This document shows positions 1-11,800 of a DNA stretch of 44,527 nt, in pieces. The position numbers were made by a program, and so were the translations under genes. Source of the DNA: Folioceros fuciformis (taxonomy: Eukaryota); the NCBI GenBank assembly GCA_049999805.1, contig JBNGIO010006161.1, positions 124,001-168,527 of the forward strand, written 5' to 3'. Numbering within the stretch: position 1 is the stretch's first letter; each line of letters begins with the position of its first letter. Under the pieces are notes generated by a model. That model was not told the origin of the DNA. It ran no database searches and was given only the letters and a program-made list of their open reading frames with translations.

Positions 1-465
1 AGATCTAATGAGGTCATGCAACTGCACCAAGTTCCTTGCGATGTGGATACAGTTCAAGTGTTCGTAACTGACCTTGAAGCTTGCGCACTGGCTGTCTACT
101 TGTAGTCTGACAGAAGAGTGCACTTTGACCTGCTGGACAGTAGTAGTGGTAATCCTCTTGGCTTAACTTGGCTTGTATCTTTGCTTCTGCCAGGTGGATG
201 GCAAGCAACTTGAAGTAAAGTGACGATGCTCAGCTGGGCCATGTGTCCAGCAAAGGCTCGGACTGTGCATGTTCAGCTTGCAATTGGCTGCAAGAAAGTA
301 GTGACCTGGACGGAGCTGATTAGTCATGCACGCATGCCCAGCAGCGACTCGGCCAAGAGTGTGTGTTACGTGTGGAGAGATCAAGATGAAGACGTTTACT
401 TCTCTTACAATTTTGGACTTTTTTTCTTGGGGGAGGGAAGTTGGGCCAGAACAATAGTCTACAGT

Positions 466-2273
466 TCACATAGACTTCTGTTCTTGTCTTTGCATACGGC
501 AGAGAGAACAACCAAGGCATGCCTCCTGGCCATTTGGGGCATGGACCAAGCCCAAGGGACAAGAATCAGGGCCTGGACAACTCCTCATATACGTCTTGGG
601 ATCCATGCACTTTTCTCTAAGAAGGTGACAATCACTACAGTAATGGACAGCTCCACGGCAAAAACGAGTAGCCACGGAGCAGCAATACCTGCACTTGAAT
701 TCGATGTAATCAGTTCCATGGCCTTTTACCCTGCATCGGTCATGGCCGGTTGCTGCAGCAAAGCAGTGGGTACACTTGAGCTCGCGCAGATCATAATCGG
801 CCCCCCTGCACAGTCAAAGTTGAATAGTACCAGTGCAAGCTCTCAAACGACTTCACCACCAGAAGATCTGAATCAAACAAGAAGAGAGACCTGCAAGCAA
901 ACAAAGTACGTACCCTTCGTCTACCGCCCTGCAGTTCCGAACACCACCAAAATATGGCTTTGCGCACTGAGAGCACAAGTAATGATGATACGTCTTCATG
1001 ACATCAGTCACCAACTCCTCGCCTATTTCTACCTGAAGGCCGTTGTCATCCGACTTTCCTCGCTTCCCCTTCGTCATGAACTCCATCGTGAGCTGCTCCT
1101 TTACCATCTCCTTGATCTGAACAGCCAAACGTTTCAAACTGAGCTCTCCGTGCATGACAGATGAACGAGTATTGCCAATCCCCAAGAGCGAGGCATGCAT
1201 GCGCGTCTGGAAATACCCGCCCTCGCAGCGTCTCGTGTCCCTTCACAAAAGGTTCCAACGCGGGATGCCTCATGACTTGCAGACAGACCGGACAGTCGAG
1301 GAAACCGAAACTGATTTCGGGGCCCGGATATCCCAGTTTTATCTTCAGCTTCGAACAATGGAAGTGCACGATATGCCCGCAAGCCAGCAGTATAGCAGGT
1401 GCTTGCCTGACGGGATTCAGCATACATATCGCACAGAGCTCGTCCCCGGACGTGAAGAACTTCTGCGCCGCGCACGGATCTGAGAAGCGACAGCCATCCT
1501 ATGAGGAAGGAAAGCTGTCAGATACAGTTGTCCGCCATACCTACCTACCACAGCACTGCACTGCACTGTACTGCACTGCACTTTGGCAACGCAAAAAATC
1601 GTCACCCGGGTTACCGCAATCAAATCACCTCTAGACAAGGCAGGCAGGAACGCTCCCCGCGAACTCCTCGGCATCGATGCCCGCATCCCAAATTCCGTGC
1701 ACATGTCAGCTTCAACAGCTCCCTGCACTCCGATTCCGAGCACACAGCCGCAGCAAGATTCAGAACCTGCAAAAAGTCCCTCCTTTGCCCACACCAGGAG
1801 ATATCCATGCCGATAGTCAAAAGCTTGCGCTTAAGCTCCCACAGCGACATGGCTTCCAATTCTTTCAGCCTCTGACTCTCAGCACGGGAAGAACGAACAA
1901 TTAGCTCACAGAAGAGGCACTTGATGTCTGATATCTCCTCTGGGAGCCTGTCAGATCTAGGCTCACACTCGGGCTGCTCGCCAATTCCCCCGACACCGTC
2001 CTGTCTGCCTTCCACCTCACTTTCAGAATCGCTCCCCGCAAGCCCACACTGCTGGCGTGCCAACCGTGCCAGAAATTTTCCACCATCGCGATTGCTTGAC
2101 GATCCATTCTCACAGCTCTGCATGCAAAGGCAGCGACTCAAGCTCCGGAAGGAGCAACATGGCATGCATGCAGTTGCATCAATGTGCGCCCAACAGCAGA
2201 GGATGTGATCCCACACACGGGACATCCCCGACGTCACGTTTCTCTCACGCCTCGTATCCATTTCTCCCACCAT
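466..2273 (-). CDS. Stand-alone MYCBP2/Highwire/RPM-1 (PHR)-type RING-Cys-Relay E3 ubiquitin ligase, ~490 aa, at least 4 exons
   Basis: Manual splicing gives exons 2273-1629, 1498-1217, 1116-914 and 805-466, all with GT-AG introns and consistent phase. The protein reads ...VCSESECRELLKLTCARNLGCGHRCRGVRGERSCLPCLE / DELCAICMLNPVRQAPAILLACGHIVHFHC..GPEISFGFLDCPVC (RING-H2) / [83 protein letters not shown]. This is colinear with the recalled MYCBP2 C-terminus ([102 protein letters not shown]). The 5' exon may hide one more intron. Confidence 0.9.
1553..1582. repeat. (CACTG)n pentanucleotide microsatellite in an intron of the RCR ligase gene
   Basis: gcactgcactgcactgtactgcactgcact lies inside intron 1499-1628. 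Confidence 0.8.
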
Positions 2274-2991
2274 CTTCTCCACGCCTCACTGCCTGCGCTT
2301 CGCTTGACAGCTGTGTGCCTTATTTTTTGCGAGCCTTCAGCTTCTTCCGCTTCAACGCACCGTCCCCGACTCCATTTGTTTCATATTTAGCCTTTTGAAA
2401 TCAACACATTTTCGGTGGTCTCAGGATGACATTCGTTTTCCGTGCTTTCATTAAATCCAGTAACTAAGACATCATGCAGTAAAATTTTTAATCTAAATAT
2501 TTAATGGGGATAATCATTTTGTAAGCGTTTCTTCTGCTACTACTGCTTTTAACTTCGTGTTTGTACCACCACTGAAGTTGGAGCCATTGCTTAAGTTCGC
2601 TCCTGTCATAAAGAAATTCATTACCACACATTCAGAGTGCAGTATTTCGTACAAAGTAATATACAATCATCAAAATCGCACATTGTTATTAGGCGAGGCA
2701 AAGGAGCGCGCAACTTCGTCCTTAACAAAACAAGCCAAAGGAGCAAACCTTCCTTTCCCCTATGCAATGTGTACCTCATCAAAATTGCAGAAGGAACTGT
2801 CATCGAAGCTTCCAAACTTCTCCGCTCCAGGGTCCTCCACCAATCCCTTTGTGGAAATGCTAGGAGTCGGACCCGCAAGATGAACGCATGCTTCTCCGCA
2901 GCAGAAGACTCCTACCCATCCTACTCCAATGAGTCACCTGGAATTTCTCTTCCCCCCAAAAAAAAAGAAAAAAGAATTCGCCTGAGTCTCC

Positions 2992-5900
2992 TCATGAGGC
3001 CCTTCCACCCCTGTGACCCTTGCTTCTCTTCTTCAATGGCTTGTCGCCACCCGTTCCACGCCCTGCTTTCCCGTTCGACCCGCCTCCCTTCCCGAAACCG
3101 GATTCACCCGCTTTTCTATCAGCCCGTTTTCTCTTACCATCGTTCTTGCCGTCTCTCCGGTTCTCAGCAGGTCCTGTGATGACGTGCTTATTTCGACCGT
3201 TCTGGTTGAAAGCAGGCCTTGGGCTTTTAGCTGAGCCTTTGTGCTTGAAAGCAGGCCTTGGGCTTTTATCTGAGCCCTTCTGCTTGAAAGCAGGCCTGGG
3301 GCTTTTAGCTGAGCCGTTCTGCTTGAAACCAGGCCTGGGGCTTTTAGCTGAGCCGTTCTGCTTGAAGCCAGGCCTCGAGCTCTTTTGACGCTTAGCTTGG
3401 GACTTGATTTTCGTCCGTTGCCTGTCCTCGTCTTCTTCACTTGCGGCCTGATCTTGTGTGTCTGAGTCACTTCCTCCCATCTCATCCTCAGAGGACAGGA
3501 GAAGATCCTCAACGATATCATCCTCGTCCTGTGCTGGAGAAGAGCTTGGTTTACTCGACATGGCTACCTCCCCGCTGCATGAATGCCGTGCGACATCAAC
3601 ATGATGAGAATACTGTACAATTAGACACGAGCAACAGACAGGAGACCGTGCACGGGACACGGAGACCGTGCACGGGACACAGAGACCGACTTACTCGCTG
3701 CTTTTCTTCTGTGGAAGCCAGTCTTTACTGAAGACTTCCTCCCCCACGTCAAGCGCTTCGTCGTCCCCGTCTTCCGCATCCTCAGTTGCAGGTGCTGTAT
3801 CTCCAACAACCATGCTGCAAAATGGACCACATTAGTACCGTTTCAAACAGGAACCACAATTAAGTGGAAACCAACCGAAGAAATACCTGGATGTCTGGAG
3901 GTTCTTTTCTCTATCTGCTGCTCGTTGCCGGAGCTGGGCAGCATACTGTAATAGAGGACTTGCGCCTGATTTCTTCTCATCCTGTTCATGGTAGTGCAAC
4001 AGTGAGATATGTACGAAGGTGGCTAGCCTACGAGAAGCCGAAATAGGGTCCACAAACCTGAAGAAATGCAGTCACACCAGGAATGTCCTTTGGGGATATT
4101 GTGACTTTTTCTCTCTGTCTTTTGACAAACTCAACGTTGCGGTCTATCTGGAAAATGCCAACCAAACCATGAGACTTGCATAAGATCACCAACATGCCCA
4201 ATGTCCACCCTCTGAGCCAGAGATTACCTGTTCAATCAGCTGTTTGATATGACGACGGAACCGATCTACACTTGTCCCTTTCAGGAATTTTTTCAGGTGA
4301 ATTACGGGAACCACAGCGAGTTCAGGGAATGCAATTGCACAGCTCCACTGAGCAAGATGCTCCACAAGCTGGTCGACAACACGGAATACACATTCCTCAT
4401 GGAAACCACGAGTTTTCAACATAGGCTTCGGTACCTGCAAAAAACGTTGCAGCAAAGTCAGTGCATGAGCGAATAACAATACATCCCTCCTTAGATCAAC
4501 ACCCATTGCAAGCAGAATCATCAACTGGCACAGCAAAGTATTCGGGATCAGAGATCAGTGCAATATGACATGAGATCAAACCTTCAGAGCCAGGGAGAAA
4601 TCAAAAGCATTTCCTGCCCCACCAGTTGGCGGCACGTACAGCTCCTTAAATTGCAAGATGTCCATGAGCAGTGTAGAGACTGGAATGTAAGAGCCAGTAG
4701 AAGCTGCAAGTCTGTTCAGAAGCTTGACACACTGAAGCCTCAATGGGAAGTACCGAACAGTTGGTACAAGGCGAGCAACTCCAGTTATAATCTGGGCTAC
4801 AGGGTATACAAGAGGGCGGAGGTCCTCCTTGTCGGAGTATGTGCACAGAATGTTGACCCACACTTCAAGGCAGTTCATGTATTGCCAGCGATAAACAGAC
4901 TTGAAAGAATCCTGCAGAAGCTATCACATCTTAGCCTTTGGTTTCGGAAAGCATCTGCTTTAGAAACACTTACACCACTTACAGAACGTACCTTGGTCTT
5001 CATGGTAAAGGCCTTTCTCAAAAGTATAGCCAACTGCCTAATGAACACGAAAGCATGCTGGTAGGAGGCAGCCAAGTCTAGTCCATACAACTCTACGACA
5101 CAATTAGCCATGAAGCGAATCTGAGGAAGCCTGGTGGAATTCACAAATCTGGAGTTGGCCGCATACTCCTTGTAAATGCCTTTCAGACATGCATCTAGAT
5201 AATCAGTCCCAAGCTGCATAGCCATTTCTCTAATAAAAAGCAGTGAGATCACTGGCAATGCTCCTTCACTGGTGCCCCAAAAGTGTAGAGCCGCCTGAAA
5301 ATCCCAAGCCAGCCAGAGATTTTAGGATTATGGACTGACGTGGCTACAAAGTACTTGCTTCAGCATGCTAGCAACAAGTAGATCAAACACGTCCTGGTCT
5401 GCCGTTTGCAATAGCAAGCCACTTAGTGGACCCGACTTTGGAGCAAACAAACAATTACCTTCAGATAGAGACGTGCAAGCTTTGGGAAAGCTGCCAAGAA
5501 AGGCACTGAGACTTTGATTCGCCTCAAAGTGAAACCTATCATTTGATTATCAGACATTTGCTTCAATATGTGGTGAGCATTTCCAAGATAGGATTTCAGA
5601 AGGGGTTCAACTTTCTTCCACTTCGAATTCTTTTGATAATCAAGCGCCGCCATGTGCCTCCCGCTCTTTTTCTCAGTCACATCTTCATAACCCAGCGTCT
5701 TTTTGAAGACACCATCCATCTCAGAGAGGACAAATAGCATGATCTTATTGAAAACATGACTGCTTGCAACATTGAACGTGGAGGCAAGGTCCTCATCCTC
5801 TCCATCACCGTAGTGACAAGCACTACGGAAGGCGCGGAGCATGTTACGAACAGCTCCCATGTGCTGCTTCTCTTTTATTGCCTTGCTCCAAGCATCGACA

Positions 5901-7105
5901 AGTGCAGTGGACAGCACAACTTGTTCATCAGCCTGCTTCTCAACAGCTTTTCCTCCTGCATCCGCAGCTACTTGATCCTCATCCTCAGCTACTTGATCGT
6001 CATCCTCTCCACTCATACCCTGAACAAGAAAGCACATGCACACGATTACAAGGCTGGGAAGGGTTACAACAACCTCTTCCAAGGGTGCGTAGACAGCTAG
6101 CTTGCCTCCGCTTCGTCGTCTTCAAACTCAAGCAGTTCATTGTCATGCTCCTGCAGAAATTTGTAGAATTCCGGGTCCTGAAAGCAACGAGTATTTTAGC
6201 ATGTTATAACCTCCAAGACAATTTAGCACGACAACGGGGCCACCTCCTGAAAAACGTCACCTTTTGCTTCAGCTTCTCCAGATCCTTCTTGTGTTTGTTG
6301 GCTTCTGACCTCAACTTTTTGTTCTGTGCACCCAGATTCCCTTCTTCCTCCTCATCTGTTAAGATTATGCACATATCACTAGTTTATGGTCTGGGTGAGG
6401 AGAAAAGAGAGGCCAATGAGACGCAACCCATGAGACGCACATGGCCTTGACGAATATGACAGGGAACAGCAGCAAGCCAACCTTCAGAGCTCTCCTCCTC
6501 AGCAGAATTAGGTGTGATATCGACAAAATCATCATTATCGCCCTGCGATAGAGAAAAGGATAAAAACCACATGTCACCCCAAGTGACTCCTCACCAGTCC
6601 GAAAACAGAGCTTCATCCTACCCACCATACCTTTTCTGGAGGAAGGTCCACATCGTTAACATCCTCTTCATTCAGTTCTGCCTCATCATCACTTGACGTC
6701 TCAATAAAGTCTCCCCGCAATAGCTCATCGACGTCCAAATCCTCCACTTTCCTGTGACGAGGTAACAAACACATCGCATCAGACAACGGAGATTGTTGCT
6801 CATGACGTTCTTTCGGATAGCCAAGGTAGGTTCATACTTTGCTTTGACGTCGCCTGCACCTTCTGCAATCGATTCGGATGACCGTTCCAGCCTTTTCCCT
6901 TCTGCTCACAAGGCACCACCCCCAGACCTGAGCGGGGGCAAAAACAGCTAAACTTGTCATACCAGTACTCGCAACAACACTAACCTGCAGCAACCTGTTT
7001 CCGTCGCAGGGCATTTTTCATAGGCTTCAGCTTGCGCCGAACAGCCAGAGCAGATCCCAGCTGCTTCTTGATGAATTTCCTGGTGCTTTTAGCGGGCTTC
7101 CCCAT
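2992..7105 (-). CDS. NOC2: Nucleolar complex protein 2 homolog (Noc2 family), multi-exon
   Basis: ATG at 7105 gives MGKPAKSTRKFIKKQL..RRKLKP. Noc2 motifs are spread over exons: HKKDLEKLKQK/DPEFYKFLQEHDNELLEF, RAFRSACHYGD, YQHAFVFIRQLAILLR, LRPLVYPVAQII..YFPLRLQCVKLLNRL, WSCAIAFPEL and DEDDIVEDLLLSSEDE. A basic tail ends at the stop at 2992. Confidence 0.92.
3190..3384 (-). repeat. Coding minisatellite, 5 x 39 bp (13-aa KSPRP[GA]FKQNGSA), in the last NOC2 exon
   Basis: Units at 3190-3228, 3229-3267, 3268-3306, 3307-3345 and 3346-3384, all in frame in ORF 2992..3660. Confidence 0.92.
3641..3688. repeat. 20-bp tandem duplication, probably intronic in NOC2
   Basis: ggagaccgtgcacgggacac x2, followed by a partial copy (agagaccg). 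Confidence 0.8.
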
Positions 7106-8863
7106 TGTGGCAGCACCGCTCTTCACTGCTGGTGCACAAGCTTGAGACGAAAATCGTACCGAACAATTTTAGGTCTCCGAGCTCACGGTCCCCACAGGAG
7201 ATGTGAGCAGGAACGCAAGAACATTACATAATTGCGCACCAGGCGTGAAGTTCAGGAGATTTCGTTCGACCTCTTGACGCTCGTTGGACCCCTTTGAGAT
7301 GGAAGGACGACTGCCCTACCCTCCCTGTGACCTGCCGTCACAAGAATGCACTACCAGTGAAGCTCGGAATATATGTACGTAACGAAACCCCTATAATAAA
7401 TTGGGCAACTGGCCGTGTAAGAAGGCACTTGTTCAGAATAAGGACTTCGCCGTCCGGTCGATGATCGGGGAGAAGAGGGAAGGCAGGGTGCTGCATACCT
7501 TGAAGAAAGGAGGAATTGCTGAACGAAGTTCATCCAAGAGTTCTGTGGACGTGGAGCAGCAGGTCGGGTTTCAAGTGACACTTTTCCAAGGTCCGGATTT
7601 CTATCTTGATAGCAAGCTGTGTCTCTCCACCTCAATGTACAAGGGGTGTGATCCGGCCAGGTGCAACATGGGGTGATATTTCTTTCTGCACCTGAGCGGC
7701 ATCGAAATCGGCACTGAGCAAATGTTCCCGTTCGAAGATGTTGTGATCCGTTTAGAGAATTGAGTGTTGTCGCATCAGCCTTGGAAGGGATTGTTAGGAT
7801 TATAACCAAGTCTAGATGTGAATCAATCAGAGTGACGCAGGGGAAGTAAGTATGGCTGGCCCTCCATTGATTGTGAGAGCTTGATCACCTCTTTTTTCTT
7901 TCTTTCTTGGCTCCAATCCTAGCAGCGTAGTTCATGATTGGGGTGGACGGGTGGAGAGATTTTTGACAACAATCGTCATTTCTTCCAGAGTGCCCTTGCT
8001 TGAGTTCCAGAAAGCTCAAAATGGCCTGCATTTCTGTATTTATGCACCACTGTTCAGCAGGACAGGAAGGAATCCCTGCACACCAGGGCATCACTGTGTA
8101 GGGCTGCATGAAGCCCGGTGTGCCGTGAATAGTGAGATCCACCTGTTGTTGAGTTCCAAGTCTCAGATCTCTGAGCAACCACCCTGAATTGGAGGATTGG
8201 CGGCAAGTGTCTGTTTACATAGCTACATGAACCAGGTAGGTATGCACTGTTAAAAGAAAAATTAAAAAAGAAAAGAAAAAAGACGTAGACACATATCATT
8301 GGACGCTGCTGGAATGTGACCCAACAGACCCCTGCCTGAAAGGGACGAGAAAAGGTGAGAGGAGCGTGAGGAAAATGGGGGACGTCGCTCTACGTCCAAC
8401 CACAGCAAAACGCAAAAAGGGAAAGGGCCCTGTTCACACATGCACAAAGCCCGAGATAGGCATGTGACTTGTATTTGGACAGGTGCGTGTCGTCGACATA
8501 AAAACATGCCAGCAATTTGCCACATAGTAGCAAATGAGGAGGAAGGGGGTGTTCCACCTGAAGGTCCGAAGTCGTAGGCCTCCGAAAGGTCGTGCGAGAG
8601 GTGGCCTTCACGATGCACGAACTGGGAGGCAGGCCAGGGCCAGGCCAGGCCAGGCAGCGTCGGGTGTGTGTCCCTCTCGGACCCCGAGCAAAGCGTCCAA
8701 ATATGAAACCGGCGCGCGCCATAGCCGCCGATCCGGCTCCATCTCCAGCTTCAGCTCCAACTGTTGGCTTGTCTTGCTCCCGGCGCTGTGGTTGTTGTTG
8801 TTGCTGCCGCTGCCATGATGTGACAAGGCCTGCGTAGGGGCCGAGAGCTCGCGGTAGGCGGAG

Positions 8864-11800
8864 ATGGCCGAGAGCGGAGGATGGGACGACGACGAGGAGG
8901 CCCCGCCGGCGCTGCGGCAGGTGATGCAGGAGCTGGCGGTGGCGTCCCCGGCGGTGCCGATGCGCATTCTGCCTGACCTCACGGAGGAGCAGTACGGGGA
9001 CGCCTTCAATCACCCGGGGCACGGTAAGGGCCCGGCATGGCTGCGACTCCGCCTGCGCGTGCTGGAGCTGGTCGGGGCCTGCTCAACCCTAATGTCGCTC
9101 GACCTGTCGCTGTGCGACTTGACGCGGGAGGCGGAAGTGGAGACGCTCTGCCAAGGCCTGCGCTCCAACCCCGTGCTGGTGGACCTGCGCCTCAGCTACA
9201 ACTCGGGCTTCGGATCCGAGAACGCTTGCCGCCATCTCGCGCGCGTCCTGCTCTCCAGCTGCAGCCTCCAGGTTCTGCTGCTGAATGGGGTAGGGTTAAC
9301 CGCGGCTGGTTTGGCGCACATCGCCGACGCCATGCTCTCCAACGAGCACTCCAGCCTCCACTACCTCGATGTGTCGGGAAACCGGAAGCTGGGAGACGGC
9401 GGGGCCAAGAGCCTGGCGCAGGTGCTCAGCGCGCAGTTCACCGGCCTCCGCACGCTCATGATGTACGACATCGGAATGGAGCAGGCCGGTGCGCAGCAGC
9501 TCGCCAGGGGATTGGTGAACAACACTACCCTCAAGGAGCTCTTCGTCGGAGACGAAGGATCGGGCTCTTCTTGTAACGGCATGGCTCCCGGAGCGCTCAC
9601 CACGCTCCTCCGGGCGCTGGCTAACCCTGGGCCTCTCGGGGACGACATCAATGTTTCTCCTAAAGCTAATCTTGTTACAGGCCCGTCCCACTTGGACATG
9701 CTGCACCAGAACACCTCCATCACCACCTTGGACCTGGTGCTGGCGGACGAGAAGGGTTTGGGTGCCACGGCAGCCAGGATGCTGCGCACCAACAGCTCGC
9801 TGCGATCGCTCTCGCTGCGCCATAGTCGCTTCTCCAGGATGGAGTGGCGGAACCTCTTCAGATCGCTGCACAGGAACACCACGCTCGAGTACCTCGATCT
9901 GCACAATTGCAAGGGCCTCGATAACTCGCTCTTCACCGAGCTCATGGAGCTGCTCGAGGTGAACTCGTCGCTCAAGACCATTAATTTGGAGTGCACCCCG
10001 TGGAACAACAAGGCCAAGTGGATCATCGAGCTCCTTCAGGAGCATACCCTCATGGACATGCTGCATGTGGAGGCTTCCAGGGACGACGTCGTCGGCGATG
10101 ATGCAGCCAGTTGCAAGACAGACGGCAAGGAGGCTGCGGAGAAGGAGGCTCTCAGGCGGAATGCGAACCAGGCCGCATACCTGGCTGTGCTCAGGGAGAA
10201 GCTGCGGTTCGTGGCGCCCAAGGCAGGCCGCCTCTTCATCTGCGGCTCGGGCATGGCAGGTCTGTATTTACCCAATCCAATTGCACACTTTCTTATCCAC
10301 ATTCATGCCATGCATTCCAGGCATTCTCATCGTCTGATCCATAATCTTGTTGCTGCAGGGAAAAGTACGTTACGGAAATCCATGGTGAAATGCAGCCTGG
10401 CTTCATCTTCCTGGCTGCACAGAGTTATGTTTAGAGGGAAGTCCCTGGTGCACACCAAGCAGTCCACCTGCTTCCCACCCTGGATTAGCCGGACCAAGAG
10501 CAAGGGATATCCATCCGAGGTGGAGCTGCTCAGGGACGACGCAGAGATGCAGATTCTGGTGTGGGACATGCCAGGGCAGGCGGAGGTCCACACTCTCCAC
10601 GACTACCTCTTCCCCGACATCAACCAGCCGTGCGTCTTCGTCTTCGTCTTCAGCCTGTTCGACCATCAGACCGGGACGGTGAAGATGGAGGCGGAGACCG
10701 ATCTGGAGAGGGAACTGCAGGACTGGCTGCGCGTCATCGCCTCTAGCAGGAGCGCCAGCCACATTCCCCCACAGGTGTGCGTGGTGCTGAGCCATCTGGA
10801 CAGGGTGTCCGGGTGGACGCAGGAGAGGATAGTGGATTGGGCCAGCGAGACGGTGGACACCATGAGGGACAAGTTCCAGGGAGTGCTTGATCTCTCGCCG
10901 ACCATACACGCCGTGAATTCCTTGTCGGGGAAGAGTGTCCGTCCGCTCATGGAGCATGTCTTCGCCTGCTTCCGCGACCTGCTCTCGCACGAGCTTCCGC
11001 TCCTGCCCGAGGCGTGCACTCAAATGAGCCTGCTTCTCGCGGAATGGGCGTCCGCGCACAGCACGCACCCCATCCTGAGGGAGGATGAATTCTACTCCCT
11101 CTGCGCCAGCAAGGTGGAGGCCCTCAAACCTTTGGTGCACGGCCACCACCCGGGGGAAGACGTCTCAGAAGACGTTCGGGAGGGCAGGGAAGCGGTTGTG
11201 GCCTACCTCCACGACGTCGGCAGCATAATCCATATCCCTGACCTCAAATTCATGATCGCCAATCCCAACTGGCTGGCGCATGTGTTCCTCGGCCGCCTCA
11301 TCCGGCTGAGAGACCAGTTTCAAGGACTCGTCGACAAGAGATTCGACGGCTTCGTCTACAAGCAGGACCTCGAACTGGTCCTGGAGGAGTTCCTTAAAAG
11401 CAGCAAGTACTCCGGGTTCACCACGCAGGATCTCATAACCCTGATGCTCAAGCTGGAACTGTGCTACGAGGAGCCTGATCCCACAAACACTGATCAGGAC
11501 AGCAGCCGCTTCTTCGTTCCCAGCGCCTTGGAGGATCATAATGACAAGGCCTTGTCGGGCTTGAGGCAGCTTACATGGCCCCTTGCGCACCGAGACAACA
11601 TTACCTGCATCTACATCGGCCGCCGTCTGCAGTGCGCAGACAGGCACCGAACTGTCCTCACCGCCGGTTTCTTTCCAAGATTTCAGGTGCGCTGCAAAAC
11701 CTTTCAATGTTCGCTCGTCTCTGAATTTGCCCCGCTGCGTTGAATGCTGGAAGATGGGATGCCGTTCTGTTTGATAGTTGGCAGGTTATGTTCGCTGCAG

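Noticed and set aside
1-222. Possible last exon(s) of an upstream plus-strand gene (cag|VDGKQLEVK*)
   Set aside because: Too short to support or identify from this window.
220-1164. 314-aa plus-strand ORF
   Set aside because: It is the antisense shadow of the RCR ligase exons and has no recognisable motifs.
466-2273. Animal or protist contamination as the source of the MYCBP2-like gene
   Set aside because: It is contiguous, with no gap, with plant genes (TRN1-like, PPR, LPA1) and has the same short-intron style. Read-level confirmation is still advisable.
7351-8860. Short ORFs between NOC2 and TRN1-like, including a poly-Cys ORF (8592-8837)
   Set aside because: No domain signatures. The poly-Cys run comes from a (TGT/TGC)n microsatellite in probable promoter or 5' UTR.
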